From Callorhinchus milii (taxonomy: Eukaryota): DNA of 64,000 bases. Below, one piece after another: positions 63,151 through 64,000 of the stretch (position 1 is its first letter; every line of letters starts with the position of its first letter). The translations under genes were made by a program, and so were the position numbers. The stretch covers positions 41,976,001-42,040,000 of the forward strand of contig NW_024704743.1 in NCBI RefSeq assembly GCF_018977255.1, given 5' to 3'. The notes under the pieces are model-generated. The model was not told the origin of the DNA. It saw only the letters and a list, made by a program, of their open reading frames with translations, and did no database searches.

Positions 63151-64000
63151 GACCCTCATTCACCTGATTGAGCATTCACCTTTTGAAGACTGGTTGTGGG
63201 ACATTGTGTGCAAATTGGCTGCTATGATCGCCTACAAATTCACAGTTACTACAATATCAGTTACTTTTGCAAAGCATATTGAGTTATTTCGACTTGATGA
63301 GGCACAACATCAAATTAGCATAAATTATTATAACCTATAAACATAGAGTTGAAAAATGCAAATAACAGATTTGATATGATAATTATACTTTTGAAATGTT
63401 GCATTTTTCGCCAGAATACACCCTTTAAATGATTATGTTCCAATTTTGAATCCTTAACTCTTTGTTAAATTGGAGCAAGGAAGGGAAGAATAGGAAATAT
63501 TCCAAGAAAGTAGAGAATGGTTTAGCATGACGGCACACTGTGCGGGCTCAGAAAAAGTCCTATTTACAAGAGATCTGTGGTCCTGTTTGACTGGAAGCTT
63601 ATTGTTAAACTCGCCTGTATATCATTGCAAGACTAATCAGCATCAGCATAGCTCGTAGCCTTTACATTAGCACCTGGGGAAGAGCTTTGCCTAAGCTCTA
63701 ACCTATTGGGCTTTGATATCCCTGAGGGAAGTTGGAGTGAATTAACTTTGCTGCACTCGTAAGGATCCTGCAAAGCCTTTGACATATGTGATGCCTTTAA
63801 TAATGCTGGAAGCCGTATGATAATCAGCCCTCCCAACCCATGGCAAATATTTTTAAGAGTGGAAGGAGTATAAAAGCCATTCCAGTATGCAATTGACTTC
63901 AGAAACCCTGCTGGCAGACTGATGTTGTTGTGAAACTCACCTCTAGGTCTGTGCTTTTTGTGCAACTTCCATCCCAGTATTATAATTCTATGTGCTCAGG

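Noticed and set aside
63633..63965. 110-aa ORF at the window end
   Set aside because: Non-ATG start, no recognisable domain; a gtgagt donor near 63940 has no supportable exon within the window.

Overview
Repeat-rich, AT-rich vertebrate intronic or intergenic DNA. The repeat set (tRNA-headed SINEs with a Deu/AmnSINE-like 3' body and L2-type tail, abundant L2 and CR1 LINE fragments) points to a cartilaginous fish, probably a chimaera such as Callorhinchus milii; this is inference only. I recognise no host protein-coding gene with confidence. Nearly all long ORFs in the track are L2/CR1 reverse-transcriptase remnants, their antisense shadows, or SINE read-throughs. Main observations outside the ORF track: (1) the 5' end of U2 snRNA fused head-to-head to a 5'-truncated L2, inside a duplicated (TTA)n target; (2) a frameshifted Helitron RepHel (PIF1 helicase) C-terminus, plus separate non-autonomous Helitron-like ends; (3) a composite templated insertion built from exact inverted copies of two nearby sequences between 9-bp direct repeats; (4) a decayed ORF resembling SAMD3-like/CACTA accessory proteins; (5) several minus-strand exon-like segments, one cluster reminiscent of class II helical cytokines (speculative). 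Repeat boundaries are approximate and read by eye.
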